From assembly GCA_963676415.1 (NCBI GenBank), contig OY781097.1, positions 1,160,240 to 1,224,239 of the forward strand: DNA of 64,000 nt, written 5' to 3'. The notes under the pieces are model-generated. The model did not search any database. It worked only from the letters and a program-made list of their open reading frames with translations, and was not told the origin of the DNA. Below, in pieces: positions 46,320 through 57,249 of the stretch. Made by a program: the position numbers and the translations under genes. Source of the DNA: Bacteroidales bacterium. Lineage in GTDB: Bacteria; Bacteroidota; Bacteroidia; Bacteroidales; WRLA01. Every line of letters begins with the position of its first letter. Position 1 is the first letter of the stretch.

Positions 46320-49300
46320 GTAATAAATGAACTTCCCAATTCCTCCACCTCTGTGAGAATATCCATGCTTACAGGGATTTCGAGCACAGGCATTTCAGGA
46401 TCGTTGCTCTCAATACGGATATTAGCTACATAAGCGCCATATTCGAGGCCGGTGGCATCAAAATTCACGGTCAGTTCCTGTGTCTGATTTGCCTCAACTG
46501 TTCCAGAAGCAGGGCTTAGGCTCAGCCAGTTATAGCTACTTCCGCCAACAAGGTTGGCCCTGATGTTCCAGTTATAATCCAATCCATATGATGCTGCATG
46601 TTCCCAGGAGCTGCCATCCGGCGAAATCCAGTCGCCATTGGTATTGGCAGGGCCTGCATCTGCCCCGGCAGGGTTTACACCGTCATTATGCGTTACCTGG
46701 TACCCTACCCAGATGTCGGCACCTGTAATCTCAAGGGGTCCATCCAGGATAACTGTAATCCAGCCTGTACCGCTGAAGGGTTGCTGGGCCAGCAGGGTTC
46801 CGGGAGCTGTGGTTGTGCCGGCATCCCAAATGTTCAAGGTGAGAGATGTTGCAGCGGCGTCGATAAAGACATCCACACTTTCCAATTCATAGCCGGCATA
46901 AGGGGCTGTCATGGAGGAGGGAAAGCGGGCTGCTGCATAGAAAGCACCACCACCATCCAGGCCAATCGCATTGGCAATATCGCCGTCGTAGTTCAGCACC
47001 ACGGTTTCACCCTCTTTGGCCAGGTCCCTTCCTGACAAAGCTTTTGCAGTTGATAAAGCAAGGTTGCCCTGTTGCGGGGCTGGGCCTTCGGGCACACTGA
47101 TTATCCCTGAGGGAGATAAATACTCAATATTAGCACTCCAGGTCAAATCAGAACCCCCAGTATTGCCAATGAGTATTTCCTGGCTGGCCTGGCTATCAGG
47201 TTCAATATTCTGCATTAATTCTCCGGGATTGACAGAAATTGTAGCCGCCGGTGAAGCCGTAAAGTTGATGGTTGCCATCTCGGACATACCTGACCCATAC
47301 ACTGCCCTTACTCCGGCTGTATAATTGTTGCCGTTTTCCAATCCGGTAAATGTATATTCTGTAGTTTGTACATTTGTGGCAACCTCTGTTCCATCCAGGT
47401 ATATGTTGTAACCCAATGAAATAGATTCTCCTGCCCCATCAAATCCATCCATACCACAGTAAATATCATCAAGCATCAGCATGAAGGAATAACCATCTGA
47501 CACACAGTTGATGGCGATATACACTTCATTGCCTGCATATTCGCTGAGATCGAAAGAGTATTCCGTCCATTCGCCGGGAACTTCAATATAGTCTCCGGGT
47601 TGGATGAAAGTAAAATCACCCTGATTGGTACCCGTTTCGGAGATGCCGATTTTTATCCTGTCCAAAGTATAATAATAATCCAGAATGGACTTAGCCTTAA
47701 ATTTGAAGACCATACCGTCAAAAATCTCCGTTTGGGGAAGTATAAGCCAATTATTGTTTTCACAATCCTTGGATGCCATACATGCTAAAAACTTATTCCC
47801 GCTATGAGGTTCTGCAATACCCCGATAAAAGTTAATATCTGTCATCGGAGGAGTTGTTTGATAGGGGTTAAAAACCATATAAGAACCAATATAATTCTCA
47901 TTGGGATAATCAACTTCCTTGATGCCTGCAGTCACAATGCCATCACCGTCAATCAGGTTGTAATCACCAATATTATTGATGATGAAATTATCATGGTTTT
48001 CGATATTGTCGAAGAAAACATCATGTTTCCATGAGAATACTGCCTCGGAAGGGTCTCCGGTTTTATTAATATCCAATGCGAAAGGGGTGACCCTGATCTC
48101 GACCAGTTGGGCATCATGCGAACCGGCGGCATCGATTTGGACATCCTGGACATAGGGTTCATAGCCTGCCAGCGTTACCGAGAGCTTATAGCTTCCATTA
48201 AATACGGAAGGGAATACCACGGTATTATTGTTTGCTGTAGCGCTGTACACGTAATGAACAGCCGCGGTATTCTGGTTGACCAGCTTAACCACTGCCCCGA
48301 TTGCCGGGTTTGCAGAACCGGTGACCAAATTGACCGTGTATTCAAATTCCATTCCCTTAGGCAAAGTGTTTGAAAGCTTAGGCTCAGAGGAAGTAAGGCT
48401 ATAGTTGGCTGCCACGGCGTACTGATAAATGCCGGGTTCGAGTGTATTCCAATCGTTATCAGTTGCCGTAAGTGCCGTAACATTGCCGGCCACCAAAGCC
48501 CATTCGTTTTGCGGCTGCCCTTCAATTAAACGGTAAACAGTATAATCGACCTGGGTTTTTGGACTGTTGTTAAGCGTTCTATAAAGCGGGGCACCAGCGT
48601 CAAAGGATATTTCGTTCTTCGTCAGCACCGGGATTTCCCCTGTTATTTCAGGTGTAGCCTGTTGCTCAAAGCGATTGGGATAGCTGTTATAATCTATCTC
48701 CCCCAGGTCTTCTCCGACAGCGCGGATCATGAGATGCTTATTGTAATATCCAGACAAATCAACAAAATTTTTATACGGATCCAGATAATCGTCAACAAAA
48801 TAATGCATACCCGGTTCCAAAGGGTGTTGATCGTCCGGGTCAGTAGTTCCCAAAGCCATGAATCCTGAATAGCTAATACCAACCATAAATCCGTTGGGCG
48901 TTTCTACCGGGTTAGGCAGCTCAAAGGTATTCCATTCCATATCGGTATTGGGCACATCTGCAACAGCATATAATATATTTGTTGTGGGGTTGCCTTGCTC
49001 GTCCAGATCAAAGAGAAAAAGGTTGACCGTAAGATGAGGCCCCTGTTCTGATGTAAGGAACCAGGAAATCTCGTTGATTATGGCATTATGCCGGTGAACG
49101 GAACCCATTACACTTGTAGCATAACCATTTTCCCAACCTAATTCGCCCGCATTTATGCCATTGTCGTACCTGAACTCAGGCAGCGGCTCTTCCCAACTGA
49201 TGGCTGGATACTCACCAACTACTGCTGCACTGACCGCGTGAACGGGATAGGGGATTTCGGTAAGTGCAAAATCCAGCCCGTTTACATCAGCATCAACGGT

Positions 49301-52135
49301 GACCGTCCCGGTTTGCGATTTATAATAGGGCACTGAAACGGCCACATCATACTCAAAACCACTGCCGCCATATACATCCGAAATAATAAAGCTGCCATTC
49401 GCATTGGTTAATGTTTTGTAATTGTCGTATCCCATCAACCGGACCATAGCCCCTTCGATGCCTGCGCTGCTTTCAACAGCGGAAACGGTCCCTTGTACAG
49501 TATATTTAGGAAGCTTGTCCAGCATTACATCTGCGGTCTGCACTGCATTGGCCGCTACCACAACGTCAGTCACTGTTTTGGTAAAGTACCCGTGCCCGGA
49601 TACTTCGATGGAATAAGTGCCCGGTACCAGAGAGGGGAAACTGTATGCCCCGTTGATATCCGTTATTGCATAAAGCTGGGTGCCTAGCACACTCACTATA
49701 GCACCTTCGACTACTCCTGTATTGTCAGAAACAACACCGTTTAGCTCTCCTTTTTCAGTGTTCGTTAGAGTGAATGTTGTGACTGGGATCCAATTTTTTA
49801 TTTGGCCCGATCCTGGATTTATAGGAGTAATGGTTCCAACTTCATCAGATGTTAAAGACAGTGATCGTGACTGCTTTTCGTTACCAAAAAAGGATTTATA
49901 TATTAGAAAATCTGTATTCAATCTCACAGCATAAACCACTAAGTTTCCTCCCTGATAAGCATAAGGTGTGCTTAAAGGTATTGTAACATCAGAAATGCCC
50001 CCGGGGATAGTCATAGTGTTGTGAAAGGCCAGTGTCAGGCTGGATGGATCGACCCATTGCCCATCGGTGAAATCGCTCTTGTCGGTTTCCCCAATCCAAA
50101 ATGTAAGCATCCCCGTATTAAATTCCGAATCAGTATTAGCCTGATACCGCAATGATGTAATAACCCCTCCATTAGTACCCAATTCATTTGCATAATATAA
50201 AGTTTGAGAAGCACTTTCTTTATATCCAAATGAAACAGGAAGGTTTATTAAAGTGTCGGATAAAGTTCCGACAGTAATAGTAATGACATCGACAGGCTGC
50301 ACTGCCACATCCAGGTTATTCGTTTGGTTGTTGTCCTCGTTTTCATCACCTGTTAGGACGACCTCACCATATAAAGATGTAGCGCCTTCAAGGGTTGGGG
50401 TCCATGTTAAATCAAATGTTTGTGTTTCGTTCTCAGCAATAGAGGTCCCGGGCACTGATGCTATTTCAATATCACCTTCCTGCATCAGTTTTACCGTGTA
50501 AGCGGTTTGCGTTGCAGAACCATTGTTTTTGACCGAAACGGTATAGGCGTTTTCCGAGTAGATATCAGGAATGGTATTTCCCTGTATGGCAACGGCAGCC
50601 AAATCATTGGTAGCTTTTGTTCCGGCTGATACATTGTCGATGAAAATTGACCCACCCCATAGGGAAGAAAACCCGAGAAAATCTGCACAAAAGCGGATCT
50701 GGCAGGTGTCGTTGGCGTAAGCGCCCAGATCGATATTGATCTCTGCGTAATCGGGAGACATTATATGTGGTTGATCCCCATTTGGGCCAATATTATAAAC
50801 TTCTGTAAAAGTTTGACCAAAATCGTTAGACACTAAAATATGCAATGAAACATCACTGGGATCTGACGGGGCACCATCATAAAACACAGAATATTCTTCT
50901 GCTTTATAATGAAAATTTAGCACAGGAGCCGTTCCCAATTTTACGTAATGGGTGGTCAAATGGTTGGGCTGCAACATTGTCCATAGATTATAACACCGAC
51001 TTTCATTAATTCCTTCTATTGAAATAAGATTAAAATTTTCCGATGTCCAACCCTCAGGGGTTCCCTGTTCTAGATCTTCGAAAAAATAATCTGTTACCCT
51101 TGCGGCTTCAATTGTTGCCATAACCCCCACTTCAAAAAAAGGGGTATATACATCATTGCTTTGCAAAACAAAATTACCTGAATATTGGCCTACTGTATTT
51201 GCGTCCAAAGTAACTAAAATATCAGCAGTTTGACCTGGTGCAAGGGTTACGGGCAGGCCTTCAAGCGCTATTTCGGGGCTCATTGAGGATGTGGAAACCG
51301 TTAAGTCCCCTGATATCCCTTTGTTAGTAATGGTATAAGTTTTTTGTTGCGGTGGATCAAAGTTCAAAAAGGAACCGAAATCAAGAGTGGAATTGCCATG
51401 GATCAATGGCCCGGTACGAGATACCTGAATGGCATCGACTAAAGTTCCATTACCGAGGGCAGGGGAAATGCTGTGCAAGCCAATATGGTATAGACCTGCT
51501 GTAGTTGGTGTGAAAGAATATTGGACTTCAGTCCATTCGTCAAGATCAGTGTTATTTTCATATATTAACGTAGTCATACCGGCAACGCTAGCCGATGCTC
51601 CAAGCTTTACCTCAAGATGTTCTGTTACGCCTTCGAAGCCGATCATATATACCCAAAAACGTATGATATACTCTGTATTTGCTTCAAGCTGAATGCCCGG
51701 TGTAAATGCCCAGGAATCGTGAGCCTGGTCTTCATAGCGTATGATGTATGCGTATTTACTGCCCGAAGCACCCGGAAAAGGGGAACCGTTAAATTGTAAA
51801 GCACCAGCACTCCATATATCCTGATCATTAGATCCGGGAGTGGCAATAGTGGTCCAACCATCTGGAAGCGAACCCGCAACATTCTCGAAATCTTCGAGGT
51901 AAGCAATGCCTGCACTTTTTGCAAAATCTGTATTTGACGTAGTCTTGGCTTTATTAGTTACGTTAGGTATCCGGGCATGGATGTCTTTGTTTAAACTGCG
52001 AGACAATGATCGTTCTACATTTTGCACTCCAGGAACATCTTCTCCGAGGGGATAAAATACCTGGGCATTGATATGGCCAAAAGCCATTGTCAAGATGCCC
52101 GTAAGCAGTAAAGTGAGAAAATTTTTCATAAACAT
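46097..52135 (-). CDS. Giant T9SS cargo protein (2012 aa) with choice-of-anchor-J/MAM-like and carboxypeptidase-regulatory-like domains
   Basis: Signal peptide MFMKNFLTLLLTGILTMAFGHINAQ. LEDFENVAGSLPDGWTT... modules. GVVSDNTGVVEGAIVSVLGTQLYAITDINGAYSFPSLVPGTYSIEVSGHGY (CarboxypepD_reg-like). C-terminal AYPNPVSGNLYINMKGN...GVYLLRFVRAEKTVSCKKIIVK is a CTD. Confidence 0.8.
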   Translation of the reverse strand: MFMKNFLTLLLTGILTMAFGHINAQVFYPLGEDVPGVQNVERSLSRSLNKDIHARIPNVTNKAKTTSNTDFAKSAGIAYLEDFENVAGSLPDGWTTIATPGSNDQDIWSAGALQFNGSPFPGASGSKYAYIIRYEDQAHDSWAFTPGIQLEANTEYIIRFWVYMIGFEGVTEHLEVKLGASASVAGMTTLIYENNTDLDEWTEVQYSFTPTTAGLYHIGLHSISPALGNGTLVDAIQVSRTGPLIHGNSTLDFGSFLNFDPPQQKTYTITNKGISGDLTVSTSSMSPEIALEGLPVTLAPGQTADILVTLDANTVGQYSGNFVLQSNDVYTPFFEVGVMATIEAARVTDYFFEDLEQGTPEGWTSENFNLISIEGINESRCYNLWTMLQPNHLTTHYVKLGTAPVLNFHYKAEEYSVFYDGAPSDPSDVSLHILVSNDFGQTFTEVYNIGPNGDQPHIMSPDYAEINIDLGAYANDTCQIRFCADFLGFSSLWGGSIFIDNVSAGTKATNDLAAVAIQGNTIPDIYSENAYTVSVKNNGSATQTAYTVKLMQEGDIEIASVPGTSIAENETQTFDLTWTPTLEGATSLYGEVVLTGDENEDNNQTNNLDVAVQPVDVITITVGTLSDTLINLPVSFGYKESASQTLYYANELGTNGGVITSLRYQANTDSEFNTGMLTFWIGETDKSDFTDGQWVDPSSLTLAFHNTMTIPGGISDVTIPLSTPYAYQGGNLVVYAVRLNTDFLIYKSFFGNEKQSRSLSLTSDEVGTITPINPGSGQIKNWIPVTTFTLTNTEKGELNGVVSDNTGVVEGAIVSVLGTQLYAITDINGAYSFPSLVPGTYSIEVSGHGYFTKTVTDVVVAANAVQTADVMLDKLPKYTVQGTVSAVESSAGIEGAMVRLMGYDNYKTLTNANGSFIISDVYGGSGFEYDVAVSVPYYKSQTGTVTVDADVNGLDFALTEIPYPVHAVSAAVVGEYPAISWEEPLPEFRYDNGINAGELGWENGYATSVMGSVHRHNAIINEISWFLTSEQGPHLTVNLFLFDLDEQGNPTTNILYAVADVPNTDMEWNTFELPNPVETPNGFMVGISYSGFMALGTTDPDDQHPLEPGMHYFVDDYLDPYKNFVDLSGYYNKHLMIRAVGEDLGEIDYNSYPNRFEQQATPEITGEIPVLTKNEISFDAGAPLYRTLNNSPKTQVDYTVYRLIEGQPQNEWALVAGNVTALTATDNDWNTLEPGIYQYAVAANYSLTSSEPKLSNTLPKGMEFEYTVNLVTGSANPAIGAVVKLVNQNTAAVHYVYSATANNNTVVFPSVFNGSYKLSVTLAGYEPYVQDVQIDAAGSHDAQLVEIRVTPFALDINKTGDPSEAVFSWKHDVFFDNIENHDNFIINNIGDYNLIDGDGIVTAGIKEVDYPNENYIGSYMVFNPYQTTPPMTDINFYRGIAEPHSGNKFLACMASKDCENNNWLILPQTEIFDGMVFKFKAKSILDYYYTLDRIKIGISETGTNQGDFTFIQPGDYIEVPGEWTEYSFDLSEYAGNEVYIAINCVSDGYSFMLMLDDIYCGMDGFDGAGESISLGYNIYLDGTEVATNVQTTEYTFTGLENGNNYTAGVRAVYGSGMSEMATINFTASPAATISVNPGELMQNIEPDSQASQEILIGNTGGSDLTWSANIEYLSPSGIISVPEGPAPQQGNLALSTAKALSGRDLAKEGETVVLNYDGDIANAIGLDGGGAFYAAARFPSSMTAPYAGYELESVDVFIDAAATSLTLNIWDAGTTTAPGTLLAQQPFSGTGWITVILDGPLEITGADIWVGYQVTHNDGVNPAGADAGPANTNGDWISPDGSSWEHAASYGLDYNWNIRANLVGGSSYNWLSLSPASGTVEANQTQELTVNFDATGLEYGAYVANIRIESNDPEMPVLEIPVSMDILTEVEELGSSFITAYPNPVSGNLYINMKGNVDVLELLDAQGKTIRKYNAEGKSSLIMNVTDVQPGVYLLRFVRAEKTVSCKKIIVK

Positions 52136-52752
52136 AAAATTAGCTTTTTATAAATATTAGTTTGTTTTTAATGATTGCTTGGTATCAAAACCATAATCCG
52201 TATTCTTGAGCCCACAACAAAATTACGGGGGCCTGCTCCCATGGATTAAATACAATTTTTCCAGTTTGGTCATCGCGTTTTAATTATTGTTCATTAGGGC
52301 CTAAAACTGTTTTGCAATGATATTTCAGAAAATTAATATCCGGGCTTGTTTTCCGTTTACAAATGTGCTTATTCTGGAATTAGCACAAAGTATATTAACG
52401 CATTACAGGATTTAGCCCGTGAACGGCATCAGATGCGAAAGAAAAACTAAATTGCGTTGACCGGTAGATCATTTATTATTAATTTTACGAAGTGATATTG
52501 CCCGCTTGTTTAGTGTTTGTCCAAAGAGCCATGAGTTAGCTCTTATAAAGTTAAAATTCAAGGAGCCATGCTGCACTGTGCCGGGACTGTCCAAGTAAGC
52601 ACAGCCGAAGTACGTGTGAAAAATCAAAACTACAGTCCCGTAAGTACGGGATGAGGATTTGGGTTTTGATCACGAAAATTCGGACGTTTTATTAGACGAA
52701 CTCCACCCAGAAACTAATGCAGGGAATTATAATATAAATAAAGGAAGAGAAT

Positions 52753-54432
52753 ATGCGTATTTTGCTCATTGTACTACTAATATGGCCCTGTTTTGCAAAT
52801 AGCGAAAACGGGCAAAGGGAAAGCAATTATAATTCTATTTACAGATCATTAAGAAATTACCCATCGGAATTATTGGATGAAAAAGGGCGTGATTTCTTTA
52901 AGCGAAACCGAACTGACAGTGCTCTGGTTTGCTATACCATTATTTCGGGCCGCTACACAGAAGACATGAGCACTGCTGAAAAAAACCAATGTGCCGATGC
53001 CTATAATATCTGCGGACAGATATATTTTCTATACTCCAACTATACGAAAGCCTATATGAATTTCCATAAAGCAGAAGAGATATGCGATGAATCTGTTAAA
53101 TATATGGCATACAATAATATAGCCAGTATATTTTTTTACTATGGCGATTATGAGAAATCGGGCGAATATTTGGAAAAATCGTATGAACTGAGCCTAAAAT
53201 ATAAAGACTGGCAACAGCTTATAGTAACATTTGACAACCTGGTTAACCAATACTATCTCATTGACAGCTTACAGAGCATTGAGAATAGACTTATAGAATT
53301 TAAACAACTTGATTTACCTAAAAGCAACCATTACAAGTATATGATGGCAACCTGTAACGGTATGCTGAGTGTGATTCATAAAAATTATCCGGAGGCTATC
53401 CGTAATTTCGAAAAATCGATTGATTTTACGGACAGCTTGTGGATGCCGGAGAGACGTGCAATTTCGTCATATTTCAACATTGCCAAGGCATACGATGCGA
53501 TGGAAAATTATGATTCGGCCATTGTTTATATGAAAAAGGGAGAGAAAATAGCGGTGAAATATAATTACAGAGAAATTGTTGTTGGAGCTTATGAAATCTT
53601 GTCTGATTATTATGAGAAAGCAGGCAATGAAAAAAAGTCTATGGATTATAAGTATAAGTATTTAAACATGAATGATTCCATCCTTAACGCCAAAACCCTT
53701 GGTAAGATAAAAGACATACAATCATCTATTGAAATTGAGAAAATAGAAACCAAAGTACTTAAACTAACCACAGAACAGAAACAAAAAAATCGCCTTTTAG
53801 CAATAATATCGACAGCCCTTTTATTGATTACGTTCTCGTTGCTTTGGGTTTATCGCCAGAACCGGAGGCTAGAAGAAAAGAATAAAAGGCTTTTTCAGAA
53901 GAACCTGGAGATCATGGCTTCGGAAGAGGCCGAGAAACAAATACGGAACAAATACGAAACCCAAGCAAAAGATCATGAAACCCTAATAAGTAAAAACTCA
54001 CCAGAAAATACGGGGATAATCCATGATGATCCTAAAAACAGCAGCGATTTATTAAGCGAAGAGGATAAGAACTCCCTACTTAATGAAATAAGATTTGTGA
54101 TGGATGACCCCGGTGTATTTTGCCTGCAAGAGTTTACCGTTGAGAAACTGGCGTCTTCAGTAAGATCAAATTCCAAATACGTATCCCTTGTTATCAATGA
54201 AAAATTAAACAAGAACTTTAATACATTTTTAAACGAGTACCGTATCAGTGAGGCCAGGAAGCGCTTGCTGGACACCAAACAATATGGGAACCTGACCATA
54301 GAAGCCATTGCTGCAGAACTGGGGTTTAAATCGAGAAGTAATTTTAATTTTACTTTCAAAAAATTTACCGGTTTAACACCAACCCAATACCTGAAAATGG
54401 CAAAATCATCGTTGAACGATTTTCAAAAATAA
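52753..54432 (+). CDS. TPR-repeat, single-TM, AraC-type HTH transcriptional regulator
   Basis: N-terminal signal, TPR-like repeats (AYNNIASIFFYYGDYEKSGEYLEKS...), TM LLAIISTALLLITFSLLWVY, coiled coil, and C-terminal AraC HTH ...IEAIAAELGFKSRSNFNFTFKKFTGLTPTQY. Confidence 0.8.
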   Translation: MRILLIVLLIWPCFANSENGQRESNYNSIYRSLRNYPSELLDEKGRDFFKRNRTDSALVCYTIISGRYTEDMSTAEKNQCADAYNICGQIYFLYSNYTKAYMNFHKAEEICDESVKYMAYNNIASIFFYYGDYEKSGEYLEKSYELSLKYKDWQQLIVTFDNLVNQYYLIDSLQSIENRLIEFKQLDLPKSNHYKYMMATCNGMLSVIHKNYPEAIRNFEKSIDFTDSLWMPERRAISSYFNIAKAYDAMENYDSAIVYMKKGEKIAVKYNYREIVVGAYEILSDYYEKAGNEKKSMDYKYKYLNMNDSILNAKTLGKIKDIQSSIEIEKIETKVLKLTTEQKQKNRLLAIISTALLLITFSLLWVYRQNRRLEEKNKRLFQKNLEIMASEEAEKQIRNKYETQAKDHETLISKNSPENTGIIHDDPKNSSDLLSEEDKNSLLNEIRFVMDDPGVFCLQEFTVEKLASSVRSNSKYVSLVINEKLNKNFNTFLNEYRISEARKRLLDTKQYGNLTIEAIAAELGFKSRSNFNFTFKKFTGLTPTQYLKMAKSSLNDFQK

Positions 54433-55109
54433 TGCAGGAAGGCGGTAGTGACAGTGGCAGTGATGAGTTATCGGAATCGTCAGGTTATCAAGGGTTGATA
54501 GTGTTAACAGCCAAAGACCAAAAACACAAATCCCACGCCTAAACGCCGACAGGTTTTGTTCCCCTGAACCCCACCTGTAAACCCTGATGAGAAAGAGTTT
54601 AGAGGAAGCTTGCCTTAGACCCAGAATCAAGTTACAGGGGTCAGTATGTAAGTGCATATTAGTTTTGGCCAATCATAAAAACGATAATGATTTGTTATTG
54701 AGCAACATAGATTTCGATGCCAAAGCTTCGGCATCGAAATGGCCTTTTGTTGTGTCCAAGTGTCAAAGGCGGCTTACGGTCACTGAGCGGAGAGCGCCGC
54801 CTTTGCCCAAATAGTTAATAAACAGTCCTTTCTACGATATTGAAGCTTCGGTAGAGGAGAAATCTATTTATTCACGAGCATAAATCATTCTATGTATTTA
54901 TCTACTGACCTCTATCAAATTAAATATATCACCACAGGCTTTGATTTTTTATTAAAGAAGCTATCTTCTTTCCAATATTTTCTACTTTTGCAGCATGACA
55001 AGGGACATAAAAAACACAAACTGTTGTTGCTGCCGGAAAACATGCGGTGAAGGGGCTTTTTGTATTCCTTGATCTATGGTTATCATATGGTTTTAGAATT
55101 GTTTAGCCC

Positions 55110-55141
55110 GCCCTTTCGTGATCACGGATGGGCTTTTTATT
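55110..55141 (+). terminator. Intrinsic terminator-like hairpin in the cysE leader (attenuator candidate)
   Basis: GCCC-t-TTCGT-gatc-ACGGA-t-GGGC followed by TTTTTATT, ending 10 nt before the cysE ATG at 55151. Confidence 0.55.
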
Positions 55142-55150
55142 AATATTTTT

Positions 55151-55951
55151 ATGAAACACGTCAGTCAGGTCCCAAACAGAGGCCAATACCTTATGAATAG
55201 TAAGGGGAAAGTACCCCAGGCAAAACAAGTCAATCATTTTCTTGATGATTTGACCGGTTATTTGTTCCCTGTCCTATCAATTGGCCAGGAAAAAGAAGCG
55301 GATGAAATCATTTCGAGCATGAAAATAATCTTAAAATCATTTCATACTGATTTGTCAGATATTGACTTAACCGCAAAATTGTTCGAAAGATCTTTGCCCC
55401 AGTTATATAAATCATTAACAAAAGATGCTTTAGCAATTTACGAGGGAGATCCTGCAGCAACATCTGTTGAAGAGGTTATTATTTGCTATCCGGGATTTTA
55501 CGCAATATTAGTGTACCGTATTGCAAACAAACTCCATAAGCTCTCAATACCAATTATTCCCAGGATGCTCACCGAGTATTCGCATAGTAAAACAGGCATT
55601 GATATTCATCCAAAAGCCATGATAGGCGAATCATTTTGCATTGATCACGGAACAGGGATAGTTATTGGTGAGACCACTGAAGTAGGGAATCATGTTAAAA
55701 TTTATCAAGGCGTTACACTTGGCGCCCATAGTGTTTCGAAAGAATCTGCCGGAGTAAAAAGACACCCTACCATACAGGACTATACCGTGATTTATGCGGG
55801 TTCTACAATTTTAGGAGGAGATACAATAATCGGACATCACTCTACAATAGGCGGAAACGTATGGTTAACGCATTCTGTTGATCCTTTTTCAGTAGTATTA
55901 AATGAAGCAACAGTATCCCTGAAAAACAATCAGCCAAACAAAAAGAAATAA
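55151..55951 (+). CDS. cysE: Serine O-acetyltransferase
   Basis: ...DPAATSVEEVIICYPGFYAILVYRIANKL... followed by left-handed beta-helix hexapeptide repeats IHPKAMIGESFCIDHGTGIVIGETTEVGNHVKIYQGVTLG. ATG at 55151 is preferred, because the track GTG start at 55118 lies inside the leader hairpin. Confidence 0.88.
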   Translation: MKHVSQVPNRGQYLMNSKGKVPQAKQVNHFLDDLTGYLFPVLSIGQEKEADEIISSMKIILKSFHTDLSDIDLTAKLFERSLPQLYKSLTKDALAIYEGDPAATSVEEVIICYPGFYAILVYRIANKLHKLSIPIIPRMLTEYSHSKTGIDIHPKAMIGESFCIDHGTGIVIGETTEVGNHVKIYQGVTLGAHSVSKESAGVKRHPTIQDYTVIYAGSTILGGDTIIGHHSTIGGNVWLTHSVDPFSVVLNEATVSLKNNQPNKKK

Positions 55952-55970
55952 CGGATTTTTCAATTAATAA

Positions 55971-56884
55971 TTGAGATACATGAAAAAACAAAGTATTTTG
56001 GAACTCATCGGGGACACACCCATTATAAGAGTTAACAAGCTTTTTAATGAAAATAATGAAATATGGCTTAAACTGGAAAACCAAAATCCGGGAGGCAGTA
56101 TAAAAGACCGGATTGCTTTGGCAATGATTGAGGAAGCAGAAAACAGCGGGCTACTTACAAGAAAAAATATAATTGTAGAGCCAACATCAGGTAATACCGG
56201 AATAGGTTTGTCGTTGGTAGCTGCTGTAAAAGGTTATAAGCTGATCCTTGTTATGCCGGAATCGATGTCGCATGAAAGGACCAGACAAATGAAGGCCTTT
56301 GGCGCTGAGGTTGTACTAACCCCCAAAGAAAAGGGAATGAATGGGGCTATTGACAAGGCAAAAGAAATCAGTGGTTCTGTTAATGGATGGATGCCGTTGC
56401 AATTTAAAAATCAGGCAAACCCGGATATTCACAGCCAAACTACAGCAAAGGAAATATTAGCTGATTTTCCCGAAGGTATTGACTTCCTGGTTTCAGGAGT
56501 TGGAACCGGGGGCCACATTAGCGGCACAGGAAGAGAATTGAAAAAACACTGGCCTTTGTTAAAAATTTATGCCGTTGAGCCTTTAGAATCTCCTGTGATA
56601 AGTGGTGGTATAGCCGGTCCACATGCTATCCAGGGAATTGGGGCAGGATTTATTCCTGATAATTTAGATACCAAATTATTAGATGGTGTTATTAAAATAC
56701 CAGGGGCCGAAGCGTTTTCTTATGCAAAAAAGGCCGCAAAACAAGAAGGCATATTTGTTGGGATATCAACCGGAGCTTCTCTTGCTGCTATTGCACAAAA
56801 ACAAAATGAATGGGGCGGAAAAAAATACTATGCTTTGCTTATGATACCGGCGAACGGTACTTATCTGTAGAGGGGCTGTTTTGA
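55971..56884 (+). CDS. cysK: Cysteine synthase A (O-acetylserine sulfhydrylase) with an apparent frameshift at an A7 run near the 3' end
   Basis: ...[11 protein letters not shown] (PLP lysine), [17 protein letters not shown]. After gga aaa aaa (A7 at 56819-56825) the track frame gives [14 protein letters not shown]. The -1 frame gives [19 protein letters not shown] (stop 56882-56884), the canonical CysK C-terminus. Confidence 0.88.
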
Positions 56885-57249
56885 TATATTATGGCACTCC
56901 ATAGGGCCAAACTTCTGCATTGCCGCCTTAAATTTAAATCCTCGAATATCCATAGTATATTGTGGTTTAGATTATTCGCATGCACTTCGACAGGCTTGCT
57001 TTGACAAGCTTAATTGACAGGCTCAGTACAGGGCAATGCAGCGCATCGCAACACTTTGCAATATAACACCTCGAACTTTCTGAGTCAAGCACAGTATTTT
57101 ATGGACGGACTACAAATAGAGTTTTCTGGCAGTGTATATCAATAGCAAGGTCATGGGGCTGTGTTCACCGTAATTTCTGTAAGCTTGATCTACATACAAA
57201 ACAGGCTTCCCAAAAAGGGAAAGCCCGTTAGTTGTCGTTAAGTTTAGAA

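Noticed and set aside
54960-55110. SAM-I (S-box) riboswitch upstream of cysE
   Set aside because: I could not find the conserved GAGGGA...GCAACC...GGTGC core or a four-way junction layout by eye. The region is kept only as an unclassified attenuator candidate.
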